Origin: Emiliania huxleyi CCMP1516
Lineage: Eukaryota
Assembly (NCBI RefSeq): GCF_000372725.1
Contig: NW_005202427.1
Coordinates: forward strand, 248,001-312,000
Length of the DNA: 64,000 bases
Reading direction: 5' to 3'
Below the pieces are notes generated by a model, which did no database searches, was not told the DNA's origin, and was given only the letters and a program-made list of their open reading frames with translations. Each line of letters opens with the position of its first letter. Positions within the stretch are counted from its first letter, which is position 1. This document shows positions 20,896 to 32,577 of the stretch, piece after piece. A program made the position numbers and the translations under genes.

Positions 20896-23519
20896 TCAAA
20901 CGCCCGCCCACAGAACGCCCGCCCACTCGGGCCGGCAGACGCGGAGCACCTCCTTCTGCACCGAGGCCGAGGTTGCCTCCCCACGGAAGGCGATGGGCGG
21001 GCTCTGGGTCGCCAGCGCGCACGCGCAGTGCAGCCGCAGCCTAAAGCGCATCCCGAGCTTGTGCAGGATGCCGAGCGAGGGCAGCACTGGTGGGAGCACC
21101 CCTCGTAGCCGCTCGAGCGCGTGCGCGTCGGAGCACAGCCGTCGCAACGGGCGGAGGAGCGCCGCCGGGGTAGGGCTGCCACCTCCACGCGCCTCTGCGA
21201 GGTCCCACAGATGCCACGGCTCGTCGTCATACCTGTGTAGCCGCGATGTGAGCGGCGCCTGCGCGTCGTAGGGCGTGTGTCGCAGCTCTGGCTCTCGCAG
21301 CGAGCCGTCCGTGTTGCGCAGCAGACAAGCGCCGTCCACACACCCGGCGAGGGCAGCGGCGAGGGCGGGCGACGCTGCTGTGCCGGGCGCGACGCGGTCC
21401 AGCGCCGCCGCCAGCTCGGAGCGGAGGAGCGACGTGAGGGCGGCGTGGCGCCGCAGCGCCTGTTCACAGCCACCCATCTCTGGGCTCCGGACTCCTCTGC
21501 TCGGGAGAGGGCGGCGTGGCGCCGCAGCGCCGGGTTCGGGAGCGCGACACCGCGCAACCTTTCGTCAGCGAGGGCTGGTCCAAAGTGGGCAACCAGCATA
21601 CTTCGCACCTTTGCGCGAGGGCGGTACTCCCACGGCTCGTCTCCGAGCAGCACCACGGACGGAATCTCCCAGGAACGCACCCGCGGGTGGCTGCGCAGCG
21701 AGCGGTGCACGAGGCGCTCGACCTCCGCATTTGAAGCCTGAGCATACTGGTTGGTCGGCCAGACGACGGCGGCGATGCGGCCGCTCGGCGTGGCGGTGAT
21801 CCACGCGAGATCGAGCAAGCGGACACCACCGATATCGATCGCCTCCATCACCCGCTCGACTCGGCCCGTCGCCACCCACTCACCCCCCGGCAGCTGGAAC
21901 GGAAACGTGGTCTTGTCCACCATTGAGACGGTCGCGACTCGACTGCCGATCGGGCCGCCGCGCACCTCCACGATGTCGCGCAGCGCGTACCATTTCCCCT
22001 CTTGCCGTCCGCCGCTGCCGGCGCGGTTTGCGCCTCCCGCGTCGAGAGGGTGCCGGTTGATGACCCGCGGTGCCACGAGCAGCTGGCCGACGCCCGCGCT
22101 GGTGTCGTAAGGGCCAAACGAGCGAAGGGTCCACCCGGTCACCCCGATGCCGTCGTCGAGCGCAATGCGGTATGAGTGGTTCGACGAGCTACTTACGCCA
22201 TGCCCAATCATCAGTGTCTCATACGACCCCCACGACTCACGGGTCTCCTGGCAGCCGGCCGCCTGGCGCAGCAACTGCAGGTCGGCGTCGCTCGCCGCTC
22301 CGCCTCCAGTGGCGCAGCCTGCAAAGCGTGCCATTTCGACGACCGGAGACGGCTTTGCCGTCCCACCAAACAGACGGTCCCTCCAGGACAGGCCTCTTGA
22401 ATGCACGGCAACCTTAAGGGCCCACTCTTCCCGGAGCCAGCGAAGCTGGGGCGGCGTCGCCATCATCGACCTCGGCGGGAAGAGAGACGAGAGGGCCTGC
22501 ACGCGAGAAAAGCCGAGCACCCAAGAGGCAAGTGGCGCCCCCTGAAGGATATGACAATCGTCGACAATGGCGTCTCCGGAGGAGAAGGGACCAAGTCGCG
22601 CCTCGAGCGGCGACAGGCCCAGTCCGACCTGCCGCGAGAAGCATCCAAGCCAACGCAGCACCGACTCGCGCGCCACTGCCCCAAACTCCACCAGCTGTAC
22701 GCGGCCGGCATCGTCCTGACGGGCAACCAGCCGCGGGGCGGGAATGGTGCCAGGATAGGGGAGGCCAATAGTCGCTTTCCGGCCGGTGATGGTGGCGTAG
22801 GTACTGCACGTTTGTACTCCAGGGCATGCGGGAGGCGGCGAACGAGCGAAATGTGTCAACGCGACCAATCCCGCTGAGAATACACGCGCCGCGTTGGCGT
22901 GCAGCACTGTGCACGCTTCTCCAGCGTGAGCCTCAGGGACGAATAGCGCGACACGCACCCCCGCCGGCACAGTGCTCAGCGCCGCGCCGAGCGATTCGGC
23001 GAGGCCAAGGTAAGAGTTGGCAAGCAACGTTGGGATGCCCGTAAAGGCTGGCAAAAACTGAAGCGTCGAAAAGGGTGGCCCTTGATGTGAGCCATAGATG
23101 AGCACTAGCGAGCGATTTGAGAGGGCAAGCTCGTCTCTGAGGAACCTCTCAACTAGCTTAAGCTCATTGAGCACTGTTGCTCCACTTGCTGCAAAGGAGC
23201 GCGGAGCGAGGCGCTTGGCAGCCTTCACGGGCGCGAGTGCGTCAAGGGCTGACTCATCGAGAGAGACGCCAATAGGACGCGAGCGCGCCCGACCGCTCAA
23301 CGCCGCGACGATTGCGGATCGATAATCGCGGCGTTCAACGGCAGCAGAAACTGCTGCAGTGGAGCTGATGTCAGCCTTCGTCGGCAGCCTTACTGGTGGC
23401 GCATCCTTGGTCGGCACATTGTTTAGTATTCCAGTGAGCGGCTCGAAGGTGAGGGAAGAAGATGAGAGCCGCGACGGCGCCATTGCGACCAGGGTATCGC
23501 CGACATGCGAGCGCGTCAT
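20896..23519 (-). CDS. Divergent ANL-superfamily (acyl-CoA synthetase / carboxylic acid reductase A-domain-like) protein
   Basis: ESWGSYET (cf. YGSTE), VGQLLV (GELLV), WYALRDIV (WYxTGDI), VDKTTFPFQLPGGEWVATGRVE (DRxKxxxKLxxGExVxxxxxE), AAVVWP, RSWEIP. GC-AG intron 21460-21530 links to the C-terminal exon ending at 20896. Confidence 0.55.
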
Positions 23520-23823
23520 GGTGGACGCGCGATCAGTAGTTTTGCTCGCCTCACTGGCGAAACCACATGTGCGTTTGGTTTCTTTTTCTTTCTCTTGAAG
23601 AAATTCGTTCTCAATGTCTGAGAGAAGCTTAGATAGCTCTTCCCCAGATGTAATCAAATACCACGAATGCTCTCCCGAACTATAAGAATGTTTGTTTTGG
23701 CGTCCGCTGCGCGTGCTCACCACTGTGTGCATCCGTCCGTCCGCTGTCGTAATGAACGTCTCTACGCATCGACTTGCCAGAATACTCGACAATTTTTTGG
23801 ACAGCGCCCTTGACTGACCTTGT

Positions 23824-25144
23824 TCACGCCATTTCCTTGAAGCACACGTTGATGCAGTCGCGAAGGCCGCTGACGACTGCCCCAACGTCTGATGGCGAAG
23901 GTGGATTCGGCGGCGGCGTCGCCACCACTGGTGGCGACGCCGACGCCGACGTCGAGCACTCGCACTCAGGCCGTGTTCCATCGCAACCGTTCTGGTACGG
24001 GTCACCGCACCAGTCGCTGTACCAGAGGCTGTAGGCTTGCGTGGGTGTGCAGGCGTCGCAGGAGCAGAGCCCGCACGACCGAGGAGGAGCTTGCGGCGGC
24101 GCGGGCGCCGGTGGAGAAGGAGTTGCGGGTGCACCAACGGATGGTGTGATTTCGATGTCGGAGCAGGCCGCCCAGATCTGAGGGGTGCCCTCAGCGTCCC
24201 AGCGCATCGACAAGACGTACTTGCCGGGCGACAACGTGCTCGGAACATGGAGCTTGTCGATGATTCGCCAGTTCATGACGCGGTCAGGACACTCCTGGGT
24301 GGTGGTCTCGCCCTTGGTTCCGCACGCGCCAGGCACGAGCGGCGCGAAGGGAAACTCGCTCAGCCCGTCTGGACCAAAGGCCGGGATCGGGTTGGTCGCC
24401 CACTCGCGACCAGGCGGCCAGGTCCCCTCCACGACGCGCGTGGCGTTCACGGTGTATCTCGGGGCCGACCGCCCGCTCTTTACATTCTGCAAATCCACGG
24501 TCGGGACCGCAAAATCGAGGACGTGCTCCTGGAAGCACCCCTCCGTGAGCCCCATCCGGCTCCCAGAGGCCGGAAGTGGGCATATGCGATACTGGTACCC
24601 ACCTCCTGGGAGGCACGCAGAGCAATGGGTGTGTGAGGAGGGAAGTGGGGAGGGTCGAGGCAGCTTCAGGGGGCAGCGAGATACCGTGGTTGGCGTAGAT
24701 CGCCCACTCGGCTTCGACCGTGGAGCCCGATGCCCAGCGGGTGGGCTGAGCGTTGCCGGGTAGGGTCCTCGCGTCAGTGTGAGGCTCGATCTCGAAGATG
24801 GAACACGGGCTGTAGGGCACAGCGTACCCCGGACTCAGCCACGGGTGGCGCGCATAAAAACTGCACTGGCCAGGGAAATCTCGATTCGCAGCGTTGCACC
24901 ACGTCCTGCCCTCGTGCTCCTCGCCAATAATCTCAGGAATGCCGTCAGGAACGAGCACCCCGTCATTCTGGTAGCCAGTGACGCCGCTGCCCATCCAGCC
25001 ATCGCCGCGCTCCTGAGAGTATGTGCCGTCAACGTCCTGCCACGGAGGTGGCAGGACCATTGCGCCGTGAGCGGAGAGAGGCACGGCTTGCAGCAACAGG
25101 AGCGTGGCGGTCAGCAGGAGCGTGGCGGATATCCTGCGGGACAT
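23824..25144 (-). CDS. Secreted LPMO-like (His-brace) protein with Pro linker and Cys-rich C-terminal module
   Basis: Signal peptide ending PLSA, then HGAMVLPPPW (His1); second His in WAIYANHG|GGYQYRICP across GT-AG intron 24606-24684; C-terminal GKYVLSMRWDAEGTPQIWAACSDIEI. Confidence 0.8.
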
Positions 25145-25647
25145 TGTGTTCTCTCGCTTGGGCTCCGCGCGAGCCAGCCGCCGGCGTATTGGGGCGTGAT
25201 AACTTCCTTATTTCGTCGCACTTTTATTTTTATTTACCTGCGTCGTAGTGCGCGATCAGGCCGCTCTTCTACGCCGACACTTGTCGTGGGATCGCTTGGC
25301 TTGAGAAGTTGAGATGCGCCCGGGGGCGCTTCTTTCGATAGACGAGCGCTGCCCGATGAATGAATGAATGCTCGACTGGGGGAGCGGCAGCGGTTATGAG
25401 GCTGCTGTTCATCCTCGTTGGATCTGTCTTGTCTCCCCATCATGACAGAGTGTCCCTTGTAATGCGAGAGAGTGCGTTGTGTTCTTGTTGCACTTGGAGC
25501 ACTGTGGAGTGCAGCGGCAGTCGGGAGTCGGCAGCCTTGGACTCACAGTTTTGCGGATTCGCTTTCTCTCCTTCGCGAGTATTCTTCGCACGCAACAAAT
25601 GCTCGCAGCGTCGCCGTCCTCGCCACCGGAGGGAACGGAGAGAAGAG

Positions 25648-25728
<81 letters not shown>

Positions 25729-25770
25729 GCTCGCTCTCTCTCGCTCTCTCTCGCTCTCTAGCTCTCTCTC
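25648..25770. repeat. (CT)n microsatellite
   Basis: Long interrupted CT dinucleotide run. Confidence 0.95.
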
Positions 25771-25999
25771 TCCCGCCCGGAGGGATCGTAGGCGAACTCG
25801 GAGACAGCTCGGAGAAGAGACCGGGCGGAGGCGTGGACGCGAGGCGGCGATTGCGACAGCATATATCTCGAGACGCTTTGCGTCATCATCCGTCGGTGAC
25901 TCTGCTGTGTGGGAGGATCGCTTGTGTTGCGCAGCGTCTTCTTTTTCGCTCCTCGTGGCTGTAACAATCTTTTTCGCTTCTAGGCTCGCCGTGCCCCAA

Positions 26000-26027
26000 A
26001 AAGAAAGAAAACAGACAACCCAAGGGA
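26000..26027 (+). promoter_or_regulatory. Dispersed 28-bp motif AAAGAAAGAAAACAGACAACCCAAGGGA upstream of genes
   Basis: Exact inverted copy at 28803-28830 upstream of the PPTase gene; variants at ~33421-33453 and ~61949-61990. Regulatory role is inferred only. Confidence 0.4.
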
Positions 26028-26087
26028 GGCGCAGCGTCGTGCTAGCCGTCTCGCAAATTCTTTTTCGCTTCTCGCTCTCGCTACAAC

Positions 26088-26660
26088 ATGCTCGCCGCGC
26101 TATGTCGCCTCGGAGCCCCTGCTTCGCTTCGGTCGCTGCCCCTGCTGCGCCAGCCGCTTCCGCCGCGATTAGGCCGGCGCGCGCTGTGCGGGGCGCCCGA
26201 GGGGCAGCCCGGCGCGTCGCCGCCACCGCCGCCACCGCCGCCGCCGCCGCCCGAGCCAGAGGTGCTGGCGATGCCTCCGCCAGCCGGCGCGCCACCCGAC
26301 CGGTTCGCCGTCATGTCGCTCGGTGGTACGCAGTACAAGGTTGCCGTGGACGACCTAATAACCGTCGAGAAGATGCGCGGCTTCAACGTCGGTGAGGTGT
26401 TCCGCAACGAGTCTGTCCTGTTGGTCGGGTCAAAGTCGGCAACCGTCATTGGCGCGCCCCTCGTGGAGGGGGCGTACGTGGAGGCGACCATCGAGGAGCA
26501 GGCGCTCGCGTCCAAAGAGATTGTCTTCAAAAAGAAGCGGCGCAAGGGCTATCGCAGATGGAAGGGCGTGCGCGCGCCGCTGACAGTCGTGAGGATCAAT
26601 GGCATCTGCGTGCCGCCGCGTCTCGAGGAGCAGATCGCGCCGCCGCCGGGCGGGAGCTGA
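26088..26660 (+). CDS. rplU: Organellar (probably mitochondrial) ribosomal protein bL21
   Basis: FAVMSLGGTQYKVAVDDLITVEK..VLLVG..IGAPLVEGAYVEATIEEQ..IVFKKKRRKGYRRWKG; Arg/Leu/Ala-rich presequence. Confidence 0.92.
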   Translation: MLAALCRLGAPASLRSLPLLRQPLPPRLGRRALCGAPEGQPGASPPPPPPPPPPPEPEVLAMPPPAGAPPDRFAVMSLGGTQYKVAVDDLITVEKMRGFNVGEVFRNESVLLVGSKSATVIGAPLVEGAYVEATIEEQALASKEIVFKKKRRKGYRRWKGVRAPLTVVRINGICVPPRLEEQIAPPPGGS

Positions 26661-26983
26661 GAGGGAACGCCGCTTGGGCGAGCACGTGCGTCGGGGTCTT
26701 TTCGTGACTGTCTAGGCTCTCCAGTCGTGTGTGTAGTGCGGGCAAGCATGGGTCGAGAACGAGATGGTGTTTTATTTTATGCGGACACAAGGTCGAATAA
26801 TTAGTACATCTCGTGCGCTTAAGATCCGAGGTGAACACATAAGTTCATTAGGTTGATACATGCTCAGGGGGACGACTGTTGACACTTGAAGATTCACTTG
26901 ACATGTGAGACATAGGTAGGCACACTGCTCTGTGCTGTACACTGCGCTATGTGCTCTCACACTCACTATACGCACATCACTCA

Positions 26984-28627
26984 TCAGCTCACGGTGCACA
27001 GCTCATCCACCTCGGCCCCAGAGCCGCGGTTGGCCGGATTGACCCACGCCGGCAAGGGCTCCGGCTCGCCTCTCTGCGCCGCCGGCGGCGGCGGCGTCCA
27101 AGGCGCACCCTCGGGTGCGGCCGACGCGTCGTAGTCGGCTCGGCGGTGCTCTGGCACCAGATCGCGCACGGTGACGGCCACGAAGGGCGGTGGGCGGGCC
27201 GCCAGCCTCGCCGCCAGCTCGTCGGCGGGGAGGGCTGGGTGGCCAAACGTGGCGCGGAAGGCACCCTCCTCGTCCTGCGCGGCGCCGACCGGCCCCCGCA
27301 CCACCGAGGCCACGTGCCCGCCCGGCAGCTCGTGCGACCAGCAGGTCCACTCGTCGCAGAGCTGCTCGTCCAGGTAGAGGCGGCTGAAGAGAGGGAGAGG
27401 CGGGGCAGCGGACTCGGGCGGGGCCTCCGCCCCATCCGGGTCGCTCCCCGCCGCCGACAGAGATGGCTCCATCCCCCGCGCCTGCCGCGGCGCCACCGGC
27501 TCCTTCTGCCCCTCTCCCTGCCCCTGTCCTAGTGACGGCTGCGGTGACTGCGGTGACTGCGCCAGCTGCGGCGGCTGCGGCTGCGGCGGCTGCGGCGGCT
27601 GCGGCGGCTGCGGCGGCTGCGGCGGCTGCGGCTGCGGCTTCGGCGGCTCCGGCTGCTGTTGTGGTTGCGTTTGTGGCTGCTGTTGCTCCGGCTCCGGCGG
27701 CCGTGGTGGCGGGCAATCGCAAAACTCGACGCGGCGGAGTGCAAAGCCGAGCCCGTCGCCGCGAGCCTTGACGTACGCCTCCTTGCGCGACCACTGCCGG
27801 CGGAAGCGAGTTACGCAAACCGCCTCCGCCGCGGGGAGCGCGCTCGCCTCCCCGCCCGCGGCAGCCCCTGTCGCATCCCCTGCGGCAGCCCCTGCGGCAG
27901 AGGCGGCAGCGTCGTCCGCATCGCCCTCTGCCTCCTCTCCCCTTACCGCCGCCCACTCGTCGGCCGTCAGGACGCCCTCGAACGCGCTCACCAGCCCGGC
28001 GTACTCCGCCGGCGCGCCAGCGCGCAGCCGGAAGGGCGAGCAGACGTCCACTCCCACCAGCAGCGCTGCGTCCGCAGCCTGCGGCGAGAGGCTGCGTCGT
28101 CAAGAGGCGCAATGTGCGGCCGCGCATGCGAGACTTTGTGACGCGGCCGCTTGATACCTTCTGTTCGATCGCGCCCTCCAGCGATGGCACACCGGGATGT
28201 GAGTCCGGCATCTAGGGACCGCAGCCAAGACGACGAGGCAAGCGTCGTGCGCCACGTTGAAGTTGAAGTTGGGCGCGCCGTGAGCGGCCCGAGCCGCCGC
28301 AGACTCGCCCGCCTCGAAGGGCTTGCCGGCCCTCGTGCGGCGAATGACGACGTCGCTGTCTGGCACGGCCAGCACGAAGCTGGCGGCACGCCGCTGCATG
28401 AGCCTGCTCACGAGCGCACGCTTCCGGTCGAGCGCCGCCCCCATCGCATGGACGGCCTCACGGTCTGACGCAGGAAGCAACCCGAGCAGCATCTCCCACT
28501 CGGCCGCACGCGGCTGCCACTCAGAAAGGTCGCACGCCCAGCGGAGGTCCGCAGGCTCGGGCGGCCAGGGCGGCACGTCAAAGCGGCCGGCGTCGAGGTC
28601 GTGCTCGCGCGACAGGAGCACGCCCAT
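26984..28627 (-). CDS. Sfp/AASDHPPT-type 4'-phosphopantetheinyl transferase
   Basis: RWACDLSEW, RRTRAGKP, PNFNFNVAHD, VGVDV, FRRQWSRKEAYVKARGDGLGF; one intron ~28079-28218; Gln/Pro low-complexity insert. Confidence 0.9.
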
Positions 28628-29132
28628 GTGATGTTCTTGCGGCGGTTAGGAACACAGGCGAGGCCGAGGGCGGCGGCGGCGAGGGCGGCGGCGGCGAGCG
28701 CGGCTGGAGAGAGCAGAGGCGGGGGGGGGGGGTACCCGGGTACGCGAAAAGAGTTTTTCCCCTGCGTGCGCCCTGCAGTAAGTGCTCCAGCGACCGCATA
28801 GATCCCTTGGGTTGTCTGTTTTCTTTCTTTCTGACCGCATAGAGGGGACCGCACTGTGCCTCTGTGTTCGTGTGCGTCGCCCATCTCTCCTACTGGAGAT
28901 GACTGCTCTATTTATTCACACATCACACACAGGACACAGCCACGACACAAACCTGACGCTGACCGTCTTCTGAGTCCCACATCACTGATTCATCACACAT
29001 CTGGGCTTACTTCACCTTCCCCTGTCACCTTGTGCTTGTTCATCACTCCCGTCGACGCGTCGACCCGGCACAGACACACACGCTCCCTGCCGTCCTGCTG
29101 CGCGGGAGCCCGCTCCACCACTGCGTGTGCTC

Positions 29133-32007
29133 CTAGCTGCTCGAGAGGAGCGCAGAGACGGCGAGGGCGAGGGCGAGGGCGAGAAGGACGCCGCACACCG
29201 CCAGCCACGCGAGCTCGCGCAGCGGGTCGGCGCGCTTGCGCGAGCGCACGACGCCCGCGTCGAGCAGCCCGGTGAAGAGCCGGCGGAGGACGAGCGAGGC
29301 GGCGGCGCGGCCGAGCCCCGGCCGCCAGAGCAGCGTGAAGAGGTAGAGCTCCTCCGTGCCGCCGCGCAGCAGGATGCCCGGCAGCGAGTTCGCCGAGAAG
29401 AGGGTGGCCAGCCGCGAGTCCGCCGCCCGCGCCTCCGCCGCGGCGCGGCCCAGATCGCGCAAGAAGACCTCGAGGGCGGTCGCGCCGCCGCCCGCGCCGC
29501 CGAGGTCGCGCAGCGCGTACGGCGTGAGCGAGAGCGACCAGCCGTACTGGCAGCGGGCCGGGTCGGAGGGGTAGAGGTTGAAGAGGGAGGCGAAGGAGTG
29601 GCCCCGCCGCTTGAGCTTGCGCATCAGCACGCCCGCCGGGTCCTCGGCGCTGATCACCGACGAGCCGGCGGCACGGTGGCTGCGGTGCACGACGGCGAGC
29701 CCCGCCGCCTCGACCGCCGCCTCGACCCGCCGCATCTGCTCGGCCAGCTCGCGGTATATGCGCGTGTAGCCGTCGACGCCCACCAGCAGCAGATCCGCCA
29801 GCGCGCGCACGAGCATGCCCTTGGTCGGCTGCGCGCCCACTCGCACGGAGCCCGCGAGGTGGCTCAGGGTACCGGGCGAGCCGACGCACGAGCTGACCCC
29901 CTTGTCCACGCCGAGGTGCTTGTGCGCGTCGAGCGTGACGATGAGCGGCGTGGTGCAGCGCGCGCCGGCGAGGTCGAGCAGCCGTAGGCAGCCGCGCCCG
30001 CCTCGCCCGTCGTTGTGCACCAGCACGCAAAACGCGAGGCACGAGTCGTTGACGAGCGTGACGAGCGGCAGCCCGGCGCCGCTCCGCCGCTCGTTCTCCG
30101 CCTCCACTATCGCGAGGATCGCCTGCTAGCACGCACGCGGCGTGGAGAGACGCCCTCTGCAGCCCGCCCCCCCCCCCCCCCCCTGCCACGCCCCGAGGCT
30201 CGCCTCGAGGTCGTCCGAGATGCCGTCCGTGTACGACAGCGTCTGGCTGTAGACAGCAACCACGCGCGGGTCGCGAATCTCGACGGCGAGCCGGCGCGTG
30301 TCGAGCGTGCCGCAGTCGTACAGCCGGACGAGCTCGAAGCCAAACCGCCGCTCCGCCCGCTCCACCGCCAGGTGAGGGTTGCCGGTCAGCACTCGCACCC
30401 GCCCGCCGGCGGCAGCGGAGGAGGCGACCCCGCCGCCGCCAACGGCGCGGCTGCTGCGGCCTCCTCCGCCGCAGCCCCTCTCCGCGCGGGCGCGCTGGAG
30501 GATCGCCTCAAAGGCGATGTTGATCGAGCGGGTGCCCCCCCCCGTCGTGATCACCTCGAGCGGCTTGTCCTACGAGCCGCACGCGGGTGGCGTGAAGACG
30601 CGCGGGCCCACGCAGCCCGTCACCGCCCGCAGCGGTACGCGCCATGCCGCCCAGAAAGTGGCGCTGGAAGCCGAGCAGCTGCGCCTCGAGCGCCCCCCGC
30701 CCCACCTCCTCGTCCGCCAAACAGCGCTCCGCCCACCCGCGGATCTCGGCGTACGGCGCCCCTCCCTCGGGAAGGCCCGCCAGCTGCGGCGCGGCGGCGG
30801 GCGCGGGCGTGGGCTGCAGCGACGCGCCGCCGCCGCCGCCTGCCGCCGCCGCGGGGGCGGACGCGATGCCGCGCAGAGCGCGCCAGCCGAGCATGAGCAC
30901 GCAAAAGTCGACAAAGAGCGGCGTCGACGCGCCCGAGCCTCCCTCGTTCGGGGAGAGGTACGCGGTCTGCCACGCGAGCGCGACCTACTGATTAAGTACC
31001 AATTAACTACGAATTGACTGCTAATTAGGCGCGGTCTGCCACGCGAGCGCGACGTCGAAGTGCAGGTCTCGCAGCTCCGCGTCGCGGTAGAGCGAGTAGC
31101 CGCACCGCATCATCCCCTCCTGGATCGAGACCGAAGTCACGCCCGCGGGCAGCGCGTAGTGCACCGGCTCCGCGTGCGCCGCAAAGATGCCGCGCCACTC
31201 GCTGTCGCTCACAAGCAGGTGGAGGCCGACCCCTCGATCGGAGCAGAGCGCGGAGGCGGCGTCGAGCGGCTCGCAGCCAAAGGGCGCCACAACCGCGCAC
31301 GGGGGTGCGCCTCCTCGCAGCGCCGCGCCCAGCGCCTCCAGTCCCGCCGCCACCTCCATCTGCATGCCGAGGCGCTGGGCGCAGCGGGCCGCGTCGGGCG
31401 GCGGAGGCGCGCTGTCGGGGCCGTCGACGAGATAGAGGAGGCGGTGCGGAGGCGGCGCCCCCGCGGCCTCCGCTCGCTGCCGGTACGAGTAGAGCACCAG
31501 CGAGAGCGCCTCGTTGCCGTCGGTGGCGTAGGCGGCGAACGGGAGCCCGAGGACGTGCTTTGGGAAGTTGAGGAGGTTGCCGATGACGCACGCATCGAGG
31601 ACGCTGGGGTGGAGCGGGTTGCGGCTGCGCAGCTCCGGGCTGTAGAGCACGATGCCGAGGAAGGCCTCGGCCCGCGCCTGGTCGGTGGTTGACAGCGCGG
31701 CCCAAGCCGGCGACTGCTTGAACTCGAGCATGAGCAGCTCGCCATTGAGGCGGTGGAAGTCGTCGCAGACGCCGTACCGGTTGCCCGTCTCGACGATCGG
31801 CTCCTTCTTGCGCGACGCGGCGAGGGCGGCTGTGAAGAAGTCGCGCAGCTCGTCGGCGCTCATGCCGTCGGCCGTCAGGTCGAGGTGGTACGAGAGCCCA
31901 GGGGCCGTCGTGAGCGAGCGGGTGGGGAGCTCGCCGCACGCCTTGGCGGCGGCCTGGAGGAGCGGCAGCGCCGGCACAACGCCGGGGCCGGGCAATGGGG
32001 ACGCCAT
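29133..32007 (-). CDS. Fold-type I PLP-dependent protein with two sphingosine-1-phosphate-lyase/decarboxylase-like halves and a C-terminal TM segment
   Basis: C-half: TTGGGTRSI, SQTLSYTDGISDD, LVNDSCL, TLDAHKHLGVDKGVSS (PLP Lys). N-half: RNPLHP, TDGNEALSL, GVTSVSI..SLYRD..WQTAYLSPNEGGS, without the Lys. Introns 30985-31053, ~30570-30643, ~30124-30199. Confidence 0.7.
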
Positions 32008-32440
32008 GCGTGTTATGTGCGGGTCTGACGATCACAGACTGCGCCCGCTCGCAGGAGCTTCAGGACGCGACCCACTTTGCGAAAAAGAAAACCCGCAGGG
32101 TCCGACAGTGATTTGGGCACGGCACAGCTTGTCAGCCCCCAGCTTCTCTTCTCTTGAGATTTTTGATAACCAACAAACAAGAGAGAAAGCGGATACAAAC
32201 ACAAGAAGGAGTTTCCTACAACAGTGCAGTGAGGAGTTCAGGCCTGGGCCCGAGCCCCTAGGGCGACAAGACATGCGCAGGGGGCGGTGAAGCGCGGTGG
32301 GGGGCCGAAGTCGAAGACGAAGAGAAAGAGGCTGAGAGTAACTCCGCAGAGCCCGAAGTCTCGCAGCGATCCCGGATCGAGGGTTGGCACGAGCGTAAGC
32401 CGTAACCACCCCTGACAGCGGCCCTGAAGTGGGGCAGTCG

Positions 32441-32577
32441 TTGCATATGCATTCGATGCATTCTGCGCGTGATTGCATTTCGTTGCATTATGCATTCGAT
32501 GCATTCAATTGCATTTATATGCACATTCCCGCATACGTTGCATTGTAATGCATAGTAATTGCATTTTAAGTGCATAG
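32441..32577. repeat. AT-rich ~10-bp-periodic TGCAT array
   Basis: About 12 TGCAT-like motifs spaced ~6-12 bp in an AT-rich island. Confidence 0.8.

Noticed and set aside
20718..24248. 1176-aa ORF as one protein
   Set aside because: Its 5' part is an off-frame read of the LPMO-like gene and intergenic DNA, and its 3' part goes out of frame at intron 21460-21530.
25360..26395. (SL)n and (RE)n ORFs
   Set aside because: Translations of the (CT)n microsatellite and off-frame reads of bL21.
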